Source: Trichoplax sp. H2 (lineage: Eukaryota). Taken from it: DNA of 64,000 nucleotides. The translations under genes and the position numbers were made by a program. Below the pieces are notes generated by a model. That model ran no database searches and was not told the origin of the DNA. It was given only the letters and a program-made list of their open reading frames with translations. Of this stretch, positions 15,201-27,300 are shown piece by piece; position 1 is the first letter of the stretch, and each line of letters begins with the position of its first letter. Location of the stretch: assembly GCA_003344405.1 (NCBI GenBank), contig NOWV01000112.1:124001-188000 (forward strand), in the 5' to 3' direction.

Positions 15201-18200
15201 TTTTCAAAGTAAATTTATCTTGCTACTTTATCCCATCTATTTTGGCTTCTTCCGTCGATTACGTACGATAGAGTACTAGAAATTCAATTTTAGCTTTGAC
15301 TTATGTCAATTTAAAGTAGTACAGATGTAATAAGATTTAAATCCAGTGAAACATCAGCCGATAGTGATACCTTTTATTACAATTTTTTGAGAGTTTAACG
15401 TTAAAGGACCGTAGTGTCCATCATAATCGCAGAAATGACGAGGAATAACTTTGTGAAAAAGTAATCTTTAAAGAAATGTGTAAGGAGAAAACCCTGTAAG
15501 ATTACAGCCTGTACAATCTAGCATTATAATAAGAAAGAAATTCTGAAATCTTATATAATATTAGCTATTCTTTATTCAGCAGAAGTTACCCAGTTATATA
15601 GGAAGTATCGTCTACAAAAATATGTTATTTCCGCTATTACTATACCTAACTTAAAATTTACAAGTCTAGTAAACATACAAACTGGCTTTCCAACATTATC
15701 CTACTTTTTCTACTTCCCTTGCCTAAATAATATTTCTAGGTCGTAGCATCAGACCTGTAGTTACATCTACATCATCAAAACATAATAATATTAGTTTCTA
15801 CTGAATTTATCAATAACAAGCTACATAAGGAATTACATATACTATACAATTGCTACGTATAAATGCCGATATGAATGGCATAAATGGCATTCCCCTAGTT
15901 TAGTACGTAATGATTGATAATAGATTATAAATAATAAGATTTTTACTTTACGATACTGATAGTATTGTATCACTAACGCAACTAACTAATGAAATAGATG
16001 TATGAAATATCTTTTATAATATGTTGCGGTAGTTTAACAATAAAATTCATCTAGAGTATAAGAGGTTTCTTTTAGTGTAAATTGTTCAATATAGATTGTA
16101 CTTAAATGAAGTTATCAGTTATGCTACAGTACATTGAAAAAAAACTTTACTAAGAATAAGTTATACCGTATTTAGAAGTATATACCATATCTATTTTTCT
16201 ATATCAGGCATAAATAACTACTAATTACACTGTTCATATACTTTTAGTCGATAACGTTATCTTTATCACCAAGATAGATATCTGTAAGATATCACTACAT
16301 TCTACTAAGTTATTTAAGAAAGCTAATCTTGCTAACGTTAAATTAAAATATTGAACTGCAAGTAGACACCGTGGTTTCGATATGACTTAGCGTATATAGG
16401 ATAAATTCCGATTTGGCTCATATAAATATCATATCCACTATTATGTTATAATTTAGAGAGCATAAAATAGTGCTATAGAAATTTACAGCATGGATAAAAC
16501 ATTAATATGATAACAAAAATGATAACAAAAATTAGATAACTTCAAGCTAAAGCTGTTTATGCTATACTATCGAAAATAATATATTAACAGAATCAATTGG
16601 ACAAACTGAACCTCCGATATCACCTCCATTGTCGCCTCCATTGTCGCCTTCAAACTCCATTTCTGATTTTCCTTGCGAGCGCCAAGGTAATGTTTTGTAA
16701 ATTGGTGATGAAATAAAGAGCTCGAAACAATGACTTAAAGTGTACTTTATTTACAGTGATTGTTTAGCTTCATGTTGATAGTGCTAATATCATTTATCAG
16801 CTATTATCAATATTTAGGTGTAATAAAAAGTATCATTTTCATAATTATATCTATTATCATTTCATATACAGTAGTTGTATTTAGCGCTAATTACAAATGG
16901 AATAAATTCGAGTATGCTACGGCAGCTTTTGTGTGATATAAGTTAAAATTGGTTCGATATGAAATTACTTAAGATATGATAAGAACTATAACAAATTGAA
17001 ATACCCTGACTAATGTCAGACTATTAGTACGATACTTATTCGAAATATTTATGAAATACAATGGAAATCTTAGATTTGATTTACGATATTCGTGGAATCT
17101 CCGATATTGAGGGAAATAAAAGTTCGTTCCGAAGGGGGTCATTGAGGAGAGCAATGCCGTTTTTTCCGTCAAAACGAGCCCTAACTTTAAGTAGGGACGC
17201 TCAAGAAAAAAATGAAAGCACGTTGAAATTATTATTCGAAATTGACCCGAAAAAATGTAAATTAGGACCTTGGGATCCTTACTTACATGAGGTTAGTTTG
17301 TATAGAATAAAAAGATTACATTGCATGGTGCAGAAGGTTCGTCATTTTGTTATAAAGTATAGAGAAAACCATGAAAGGGGTTAAGTAAGTATGATGCAGC
17401 ATTTAAGAAGCAGTACAAATTTCTTTTTATCACAAATATAGCATTATACTATGGCGAATTAAAGTACTACGATAACATATTTTACTGCTCCATTTATGGA
17501 CATAGATTAAGGCTTGAACTCAAAAATGATTCCTATATTTGAATATGACGCCTGCAATCATTTTAATTTTAATCTTTTCTAAAAATGTTAGCTACATAAA
17601 ACGTAACTTTTTTCCGCTTGTTTGTTAAGAATAGTTGATTTGGATATAAGTGCTTTCTATAAGTCCGATCTATAAATCTATGCCATATAAGTGAATCCAG
17701 TCATTTAATCTATATTAGTTTAAATCTAAAAGTACCTAAGATTGTACTTAAAATTGCTCCCGTAATACTCATGGCTACATTTGCCAAATTGAATTTATAG
17801 AAGAGGACTGAATTATCATAAAATGCTATTTTTAAAATAGAAATTAAAATTTAAACTCTAATGGAAAAATCCATTTTAAACAGGTTTATATTCGATTAAA
17901 GAAGCTGAAAGAAAATTCTTTAAAGGATGAAGAAAATCTGCGTTTAGTCGATAGAACTAAATTAAATGCGTTTGAGTCAGAATTGGAGTCAAAAATTTAT
18001 TCTGAATCTCGAGAATTTATATATAAGTATCTGAAAAAAAAATACTCTAGGTAATGATATTTGTATCTAAATTCAAGCATCAAGTTATACTTGTTCATAC
18101 GGAAATTAGAAAGCTATTATAATAAGTTTTTTGCTAAGGATGCTGGCTATTTATCGCTCTTCAAGTATTGAAATTATAACATATAATTGGCAACAATAGT

Positions 18201-19903
18201 TATACATACGGTGTTTAAACACTTTGCGAACAGATGATAGAAATTTTTGAAAATATGTATTAAAAGTACAATAATTTTAACAGGCACTTTTACGGCGCCA
18301 TTTGTGATGTGCAAGTAAATAATTTAATGTAATATTACTGATAGTCATAGATTTGATGTCGTCTATTCGTACGATATATTATAATATTTATTTAATATTA
18401 TAACTGCAAAAAAATACTGATATTTTTGACATGTTACGCATTTTAAACTAGATCACTCAAAACTGTTACAAGCCATATGGAAGAAATAGCGAAACAAAAT
18501 TTAAAAGTACTACGGCTACCTTATAATCTGGAACTGCCTTATGATAAAATTAGGAGTGAATTTAAGAAGATGGAGAAAGAAAATTTACCTGAACGTAAAT
18601 TGCATTATTTAATTAAAGCATTTGGAAAGCTGCCGAAAGAGCAACGAGGTCTCAAATATCTAAATTATAATTATTTTTAAATCAACACGCATCAGTTTTA
18701 AATTGTTTCTTGGCAGGGTAGAAAATACAAATATCTTATTATGTTTTTCTTTAGATTTAAAGACTATGGTATACTGCATTAGTAAAATTTCCTTGCAGAC
18801 GTTGGTTTATGAAGCCGATTACATCGATAATTTGGTTGATCCCAAAATGTTACATAATGAAAGTTTCCAAAAGGCATTCGTTACATTTAGAAATACAATA
18901 TTGTTCTTACAGCAGTTGAATTCATCAGGAGAAGATTACCTATCTAATTTGCTCAACGATAAGCAAAAAATTGTTAGGCTGATCATTCTTGCAGATGAAA
19001 ATGTTAGTTTTGAGATGTTTTAAATTGATTTAACTACAGAAATAAATGGTTCAAGTTTTCATAAATAATTTTGTTTCGGTAAACTTTAGGACTGTCCAGT
19101 TGCTCAAAGTATTGCTATCGAACCTCAAAAAACGATACGTGATTTATGTAAGCTACATCTACAAAGAATGATCAACGCTACGAGGAACTGCGAGAAATAT
19201 GTCACTAATGATTATCGCTGAATTTCATTTTGTATAGATAAAATTTGCAAGTCGTGCACCGAAAGCATTTTAAAATTGCCTTGCAAAGAAGATGAATACA
19301 TATTAAGTATCGTGGATAGTAATGACGAATGTAAGTTCAAATAAATTAAGGATCATTTGAAACAACACATCGCGCATTGATCACAAAGTCTGTTTACGAG
19401 ATTAAGTGCTGGAACAAATTGTTCCTGCGCCTTAACATTAATAACTTACGTTAAAAGCGGTGCTGTTGATAGCTGAATTATTTATGTTAATTATTCATAC
19501 AGTACAGTAGATACTGGCATTTGTGGAAATTATAATAGTACAATTATAATTGTAGGATTTCTCACTGGTAGCTAAAGTATTTAGTTGCTACATTTGCTTG
19601 TGAATAGATTTCTTACAATCTATAGTGCAGAACGTACATGAGTTAATGCATAATCTTAATCTAATTTCTTACTAACTTTGAAGCTTTATTAATTAAAATA
19701 TTATTTAAGAATTTAAAGATTTTGAAGTGGTATAATATAATTCTAAATAATCTATTTATATAGTAAATTCTTTGGATGATAATGAAGATAAAGTCCAGTT
19801 AGCCATACATGGGTCAGGCGACTATGCTGAGGCAATATCATCCGATTTCATTAATTTCATATACCATCGGAATAACGCAATTCAAAACTTTGTTTACGAA
19901 TAA
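203..19903 (+). CDS. Paralog A (5'-truncated) of a multi-exon ZU5/UPA-like - SH2 - SH2 - VPS9 - RA (RIN-like) signalling protein
   Basis: Hand-spliced GT-AG exons in compatible phases, nearly all with a homologous exon in paralog B: ~203-235 (FFVISNEVEG), ~708-764 (VDADEPVIIIK), 2103-3092 (large ZU5/UPA-like exon), 4084-4162, ~5212-5263, 5346-5433 (LWHRKDMTK), 5577-5608, 6028-6133 (TFIVRES), 8100-8273 (FESLEKLLTYY), 8962-9057, 9167-9253 (YVYM), 10659-10675, 12008-12073, 12452-12483, 12646-12754, 13819-13926, ~14079-14150, ~14242-14262, 16591-16686 (PPLSPPLSP), 17074-17291, 17884-18050, 18452-18648, 18755-19002 (YEADYIDNLVDPKMLHNE), 19090-19147, 19238-19330, 19764-19903 (FVYE*). Some boundaries may be off by a few nt. 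Confidence 0.8.
1110..1320 (+). repeat. Dispersed repeat, copy 1 of 3
   Basis: Shares CAAATCTAAATTT...CTACTGT.AGGT.TGTCCT.CCCGA.A.CTAC.TAC...CTATCGTTA with ~20630-20830 and, for the core, ~48760-48890. Confidence 0.65.
9335..10646 (+). repeat. Near-identical direct duplication across an N gap (9335-10023 vs 10044-10646), probably an uncollapsed haplotype
   Basis: The copies differ by scattered SNPs and an 87-bp indel and abut a 20-N gap. Confidence 0.85.
14532..15040 (-). mobile_element. Solo-LTR-like element related to 38906-39405, running into an assembly gap
   Basis: Begins TGTCACAAAACAGCTTTGCAACAAG exactly where the duplicated flank (14355-14531 vs 15061-15236) diverges. The minus strand has TATATAAA followed by AATAAA at ~14706-14740. 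Confidence 0.55.
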
Positions 19904-20629
19904 ATACTTAGCCATAGCATTGCTGATTCATAATTAGATAATACGCCTAGTAATACGTATATTTTACTACTTTTATAACTAATCTGTAAAGTAATAGTAG
20001 GTGTAAAATTGGATAAAATTTATATTTTACGCTTAGTTAAAATTCGATTTAGGCTAAGGTTTTTGTGGTTTCAACTTGTGCTTGAACGTGAAAGTGTAAT
20101 TGATAGTAACACTATATAGTGGTTGTTTATGTTATAATTTGATATGATTGTAGTGAGTAATTATAAGGTTTCTTTACGATTTTGCTTATTTCGAGTCGTT
20201 TCTTTATTTCATGAATTAGCAATATTTTTTAAATTACGTTCTTTTGTTGCGCTAGAAGGAGAATTAAAAAAAACTTAACTTACATCGTTAATAACTTTGA
20301 TTAGCAATTCGTATTTGGATATTAAATAATAAAAGTATTAGACTTATATTTAAACCATAATCAGGCCATTCTATAAACATTAAATTTTGATCTATCAACT
20401 ATAATGATCACATATCACCCAGTGTCTTACATACTTTGGTACTTGGGTCACCTTTAAATTTGCGAATAATATCTAGATAATTAGTAGATAGTGAATATCT
20501 ATTCTAGTATTATCAATTCCTACCGAACGAAGTAAACTGTTTATTTCTCAGGATATCCGATTTTATCTATAGCTGTATAACAAGCTGCTAACATCATAGC
20601 TAAGTCTCTCTTGAAGAATCTGCGTGCTA

Positions 20630-20830
20630 CAAATCTAAATTTACAACGATGAAAAATAGGACTATTATATAAATTTAAACTACGAGCCTACTGTCAGGTC
20701 TGTCCTCCCCGACATCTACTTACAGCACGACAGTAAATACTAAGAATTTTCTATCGTTATGAGGACAGCAACTTTTAGGCAAATCTGAACCCAATATTTA
20801 TCGAAAATAAAGTCAATTTATGGTCAATTT
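20630..20830 (+). repeat. Dispersed repeat, copy 2 of 3
   Basis: Core GTCTGTCCTCCCCGACATCTACTTAC is shared with ~48770-48795. Confidence 0.7.
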
Positions 20831-23597
20831 ACTTAAGTATTCCAAGATAAGTTATTCTGTGTAATCTACATTGCGATAGCAACGCAAAAGTCACAGTACT
20901 TTATAAGACCGCACATTATATCCTATATTTGTGAAACACGCAATGTATAAGCTTACCTACTGCTATCTATAAACTCGGAATTTTTGGACTTGACTCAATT
21001 CTATTTCGTGAGTTGATGGTATTAAGGCTTAATTTAAATGCGTTGTGATACTCCATTTTTTATCTGTTGATTCCACTAAAATGAAGGATACAAAGCTTAA
21101 AGGAAAATAAGACTTGTACAATTAATGCTGTTCTTTTCTTACGCAGATAAGAATTTTACTGCAATGTAATGGTTACGGCCAATGTCCGAAGTTGGTCGTA
21201 ACATAACTATTAATTAAGTGCCGAAGAAACAGTTTCAGTATTTTAGAAAGTCGATATTTTTGTCACTCTTTTAGAGCTATATAAATTCTACGATACCGTA
21301 GCCTTAGGCGTTGAAGAAAAATTACTTCTCTCTTTTATTAACGCGAAAGATATCTATTATAATGTTTGATTCATTGAAAAAACTAACAGTAGATTTATTA
21401 TTTTACTTTTTTGTGATCATTGCAAGTTCTTTAGCATTATGGCTCTTCTGCTTATTATACCAAAGTTCTTAATTCTTATTTATTAATATCAGGTCATAAA
21501 ATTACTTTAAAGCTAATCTTGTACTTGATTTTGATCTCTATTATTCTTGAAGCTCATATTATACGTCCTTGTTTGATTTAATATGCAAATAATATGATTT
21601 ACTTGGAATAAATTACATACTATAATCAATTATCAATAATTTAAACTTTTTAAATCTTAGAAAACAAAGTATCATGAATAGCCAAATTATTCAAGTATAT
21701 TTGCATTGATTCATGTAAAGAAGTGGCTTAGTGTTCTCTAGCCTTGCATCTTGCAAATGAAAGAGTGCATGCGGGCTATGCATTTTATAGTTGTTTATGT
21801 AATAGAGTTAATATGGTCTTATATTTACTCCTTTGTTAAATTTAGTGTTGTTTAAAAAGCGAGACTTTAATTATGATAAATAATTACTCATATTAAGATA
21901 AGATAAACAAGTTGACTTCGGATACTATAGTAAAGCGTATAGATTTCTTTGCTATATAGAAACCATATTCTAGAATTATGATCTGTTACGATTGTTGTTG
22001 TTTACGATCCTCGCGATTTAAACAAGTAGAGTATAAAAGATAATTCTCTAGTTTCTAAAGTTAGTCCTGAATCCGGAGATCTATAGCATTGTATACTATC
22101 TCTTTCTCAGTATAGACACTAATAAACGATATTTCTAAAATCCTCTACCGAAACCGAATAACTTCGTTTACAATTCATTTTAAGATGACCGTATTTTTGA
22201 GATCAGCTTCCGTCTTGTTGAAAAACAAGAAATTCAGTATTCAGAGCACTAATTAGCGTATTCAAATACTTTAATGGCGAATAATCATTCACATCATAAA
22301 ATTACTGTAATACAATGAGTCAGTCTTCTAACAGCTATATTGATCTCTTCTAACAGCCATATTGATAACAATATCTTGTTATCAATTATTTCAAGAATTA
22401 TTGGCTGAACAGTAATTTAGTAACGTAAGGAAATGACAGTAAACGCAGCAGAGTCACAGAAGAGGTTTTATACCTAGGAATAACGATTCTAGATTTTAAA
22501 TTAAGCCTAATAACATTATTCTGCATTAGTCAGTATTATTATAATCGCGTTTAGTTCTCCAAGAATGTAGATAAAGCTGTTTGCTTCTTAAATTTCTTAG
22601 ATACATCAAGTGGAATAGAAACAGGTTAAACTTACTGTAACAAAAAACCAGTAAAATACTCGTTTGGTCTAATTTCGATCAATCTTGATAGCCGGTTCAT
22701 TACTGCGACATTTGTTAGCAAATTCTAGAGATGTTGTAGTGATTTACTTGCAGATATCTCTATTTTGACTAATTTAAAAACGATAATTTCAAATAACTTT
22801 TAGGCATTAACCGTGATATTTTGTAGATGTGCAGCTGAAAAATGGTAAAATTGAGTATTAAAGAACAATTATGTGGACAACTAATAATTTAATGATGACG
22901 AAATAGGCTTAATGAAAAGTCTATTAAATCACTTATTCTTTTTTAGCGTCATACAGTGGCTGGAACTATGTGCAGTAAGTGCTCTTGATTTTCTTATAGC
23001 CTAATATGAAATTTAGTCAATTGGTTTTAGTTTCAGTGAGTTCGCAAAATAGATATGAAATAAAGGCATTAGTGGTGAATATTACGAAAGTACAGAAACT
23101 AAGCTATGCTTAATAGAGTGGTGATTATTAATTGTTTAGCTTCTTTACTTTAATCGTAGATTGAGTCCTTGGCTACTGACATTATATTTCTTTTCTTATT
23201 AAAAGGACAGAAGTAAAGAAAATGTGTATATATATACAGTATACGCGTACAAGCAGTAAGTTATGTATCATATTGTAAGCTAATAGAATGATGGCGGTAC
23301 GTTATATTATCGGATGAGAATGATTGAAAATGTATTTAAATTGAACTTATAGCAGGATATCACCAACGAAAGGGATTAAAAGAAGCCAGGCAGATTATCT
23401 TGAAAGGTTCTCAACTATCCTATTATATCAATTAAACAATTAATTTTATTATTGCATATGATTAAGGATTACGACAATAAAACGAAAGAATTCTTAATAC
23501 TTTTTCATTGTTTTATGAGCAGCCTACCCGAAATAAGCTCTATTCTACTCTTATGGTAGCATAAATAAATAATGTTTAATTATAAATTAGGCGCTAC

Positions 23598-23857
23598 ACG
23601 AAGGCGATGATTTACCACAAGCTGTGTGCTATAAAAATATTAGAAACAAAAGTATTTTGTTTATGATTAACTTAAGGCAGTAATGTACGTTGTTTGTATT
23701 CGCTTCGGTACCGTAAAAGTTATTGCTATTTTACTAGATAACTAACGATACAAGAAAGGCGATGATTCACAGCAAGGTTTTTGCTATAAGAACGTTAAAA
23801 ACAAAAGTTTTCCATTTATATTTGGTTTAAAGCAGTAATATGCGTTGATTTTATTCT
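23598..23857 (+). repeat. Diverged ~155-bp tandem duplication upstream of the paralog B ATG
   Basis: AAGGCGATGATT...TGCTATAA...AAACAAAAGT...GCAGTAAT...CGTTG occurs twice. Confidence 0.7.
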
Positions 23858-24002
23858 TTGCAATCACAGTTGTAGCCATATCACGAGACTACTTTAGTCT
23901 AGATTGACAATAAGGAGAAGAACTGTGATTGCACTGTAGTCTTTTCTTATAAAAGCAAATGTCTAAAAGTAGTTTTTCAAAGTTATTGCCTCTCTGTACA
24001 TC

Positions 24003-24360
24003 ATGGACAGTGACGATGATATTTATGACTGCATGCTGGAAAGTTCAGTCAAGCTAGTCTATGATCGAATACTTCCAAAGTTAGAAAGACAACTACCGAC
24101 GAAAAATTTTTGTAAAGGAGCTTTCAAACTTGGAATAATTGATTACGATAAAGTACTGACAGCGTCTCATGAACATATTAGTCCGGATATTAATAGGAAA
24201 ATATTGGAATATATCGATTCTGAACAGTTAGATGATATCAAAGATTGGCTATCAATTATGTTTGATGATGAGAAATGCCGTCCAATTGCTTATGAATTCA
24301 TCAACGAATTAAGTGAATGGAAGTTAGAAGAACTTGTAGAAAATATAAATATAAAAGATG
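24003..24360 (+). other. CARD-like (death-fold) domain exon of paralog B
   Basis: Roughly 100 aa of predicted amphipathic helices with a CARD-like pattern (LERQL...FKLGIIDYD...INRKILEYI...IKDWLSIM). Recognised by pattern only. Confidence 0.5.
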
Positions 24361-27300
24361 GTAAGAATAGGAGAATAGGCATCGGTTCCGGTACATAACA
24401 TAATCTGCCTTTATGACTTCGTTTGTGTCTTTTAATCCTAAGTCATGATGACATGTTAACTAGCTATGCTTTCCATACTCATTGCTGCGTTTTTTTAATG
24501 TTCATAAAGTTTATATTAATAGTTTATTAGTATTTCCGTTACGATAAATTGATAAGACGAAATCATTAATAGTCTTTAAGGAAAAGACCTCATGATCATA
24601 TACGCAATATTGGTATTTCGTTAATCTTCATGATCGCACGTTGTTCTATCACAGTATTAATTCTTTCAATGTCTAAACATCTTAGTACTTATTAACCTAT
24701 AACGGCTTAACAGTAAAAGGCTAAACCTATTACTTTGTAGAGCGCTGTAGTTAACAAGATGTGCCAAGGGTCATAAACTACGTCAGCATTATCATTTGTG
24801 TTCGATCTACGAACTTTATGTCAAGGATCTTTCGTTTGCAGTTTCACCGTATAATTATTTATAGTATTGGCCGAAAATGAAATTCTTGTCAGTAGTCAGG
24901 CATCATTAAAGATCAAACAAACGATTCAATTTTGTGACAACTTCCATTCTAAAATGACAAAATTGTCACGCCTATATTAATCATGATATTAAAAGTAGCA
25001 AATTAGCAGTCAATTTATTAATTGTGCGTGAAAGCTATCATCCTAAACCAAGGGTAAAGGCGGCAATAAGCCAAAACGTCCACGATCTATCACGATATTA
25101 TTTTTGCTTACTTTACAACTAGAAATGCAGACGATTTGCTCATTCTCTAAAGTTATAGAATTACAACATCTGTCTTAGGCTAAATTATCAAAAATAGCTT
25201 CAAATCCATGAACTAGTTCTTTTCTTTGTTAGACATAGAAACTAAGTTAGCTAATGTAGATTTTATGTGATTTAGAGGTATCTGTATCTGTAATAATTAA
25301 TATATATATATATATATTATGCATTAAACTAGCACAATGTTCGAGATCAAACTGATACCAGAAAAAGTGTGATTTTAAAGGCTAGCTAACACGGTTGCTT
25401 TTGCCCTGTCGATTGAAATAGGCGCGATTGCACATTTCTTGACTGCTTCCTTGACTATAATTGATAACCAATCATACCTTAATTCCATACATTATCTATA
25501 TACGCAATTTGTCAATCTTGAAACAAAAACTATACTTACAATAAACGATAATTAATATCTCAGCATCACCATCATAAGATGTTTGCAGTATAAGAGTTAT
25601 GACCTGCTTAAAAATATTTTGGCTAAGATTGGTTGATAAGCTGTTAAACAGTACTTTCGATTGTTATCATCCTCATGGCTGTAGCTACATTAAATGCTAC
25701 GAAGAATTTTCTAATTCTCAAACAGCAGGAGCAATATTGCGTGATAGATTAATCTATTTGATATCGACTTACGTGCTTGGTAAATAGAATAAACTGAATT
25801 ATTTGTAATGAGAAATAAAATTGATAATAATAGTTCCAAATAACTATTGCATGTACACAGTTGATTTGTTCTAAATAGATGACAAATTTTAAAACTATTC
25901 ATACGCGCATTAATATGACTTATATGACTTAGATGTCGGTAGATTTGTACTTTACAGGAAACTGAATCTGATGCTATACTTGATATTCCTTTTGTTAATC
26001 TTAAATTTAATTGATTTCCATTATTATAGGGTACATTTTGATTTCAGACAAACTTATTAGCGGTAAGATCTACAAGATAGTAGAACGTATTAAAATTTAA
26101 ATAGCTTACATAAAAGTCTATAGATATTCTAACTTAAGTCTATAAAAAGTAAAAGTGATGAATTTTATTGATCTCGCCTGTTGAGCTAATGCAATTATCT
26201 AATATTATCAAATTTTACAAATTTTTACCATTTTGAATAAACAATCTTCAATAATTATATGTTTCATCATTTAGAACATTAATTTATCCTAAAAGTGTTA
26301 ACGATTCCAAAAATTGATATATTTTACTAGAATATTTTTAATAGTAAAGCCTCATCATCATTAAAATAATCTATTTTGAATGTACCGTATTTACGATAGT
26401 TTGGGTGTACTTGATATACAACAGATTCAGCTTATGCGGGTATACTAATTATGCTTGCACATGGTCCTTATAATCCTTTTTGATATTCTAATTTTTGCTA
26501 GTATCCAAGCTTGATTCAGTGCAAATGGATGTGGATGAACCAGTTATAATTGTTCAAGGTAAGTTATAAAATCACTTTACGGCTTTAATTAAATTTTAGC
26601 TACAGTCTTTAAGAGTACATCGCCAACGATCAGAAAATTATTTGACATTAGCTAAACATCAATTCTACTGGTATCAAGCTGTAGTGGCATAAAATCTTTA
26701 TTTTGACTTAAGATGATAGTGTTATGTAGTGAAACTGTTAGATAAGCTGCTATTGTCAACATGCTATGTAGGAGTAAACTAGATGTAACTTGAAAATAAT
26801 ACCAAACCTAGGGCTGTTGCCAATAATAGATATATACAAGTAATGTTTGGGATAATTCAGGTATGTTGATTTCAGCTTCGTAGAATATAATACTTATCAT
26901 AGAATTTAATTCTTATACTAAGTTCTGTAAGTGTTAGGTGAAGTTGTTCGAAATCGTTATGATGTAAACAAGTTAGATAACGTGTTTAAGCAGTTACGCT
27001 TTTCTGTTATTGTTGTTCTTAGTCCTTCTTTTCTAAGATCTGCTGTTATAAGAAGTTTTCCTTGTCTGTCAGAGCTTGTTGTACTATTACGTAGTATCTC
27101 AATCAATAGAGAATCAGCAATAAGATCTGCTATTATAAAATTATTTGTGAGATCTACACTCCAATTATATTATAGTTAGTAGAATAGGTTTTGTTACAGT
27201 TCGGGCTATAGTTAGTTTACACTTACCGATTTAGCAAAATCAACTTGTCATGTTTACTTTAAAGATTTTGTGTGCCACTGTCACAACTACCCTTGCGACA

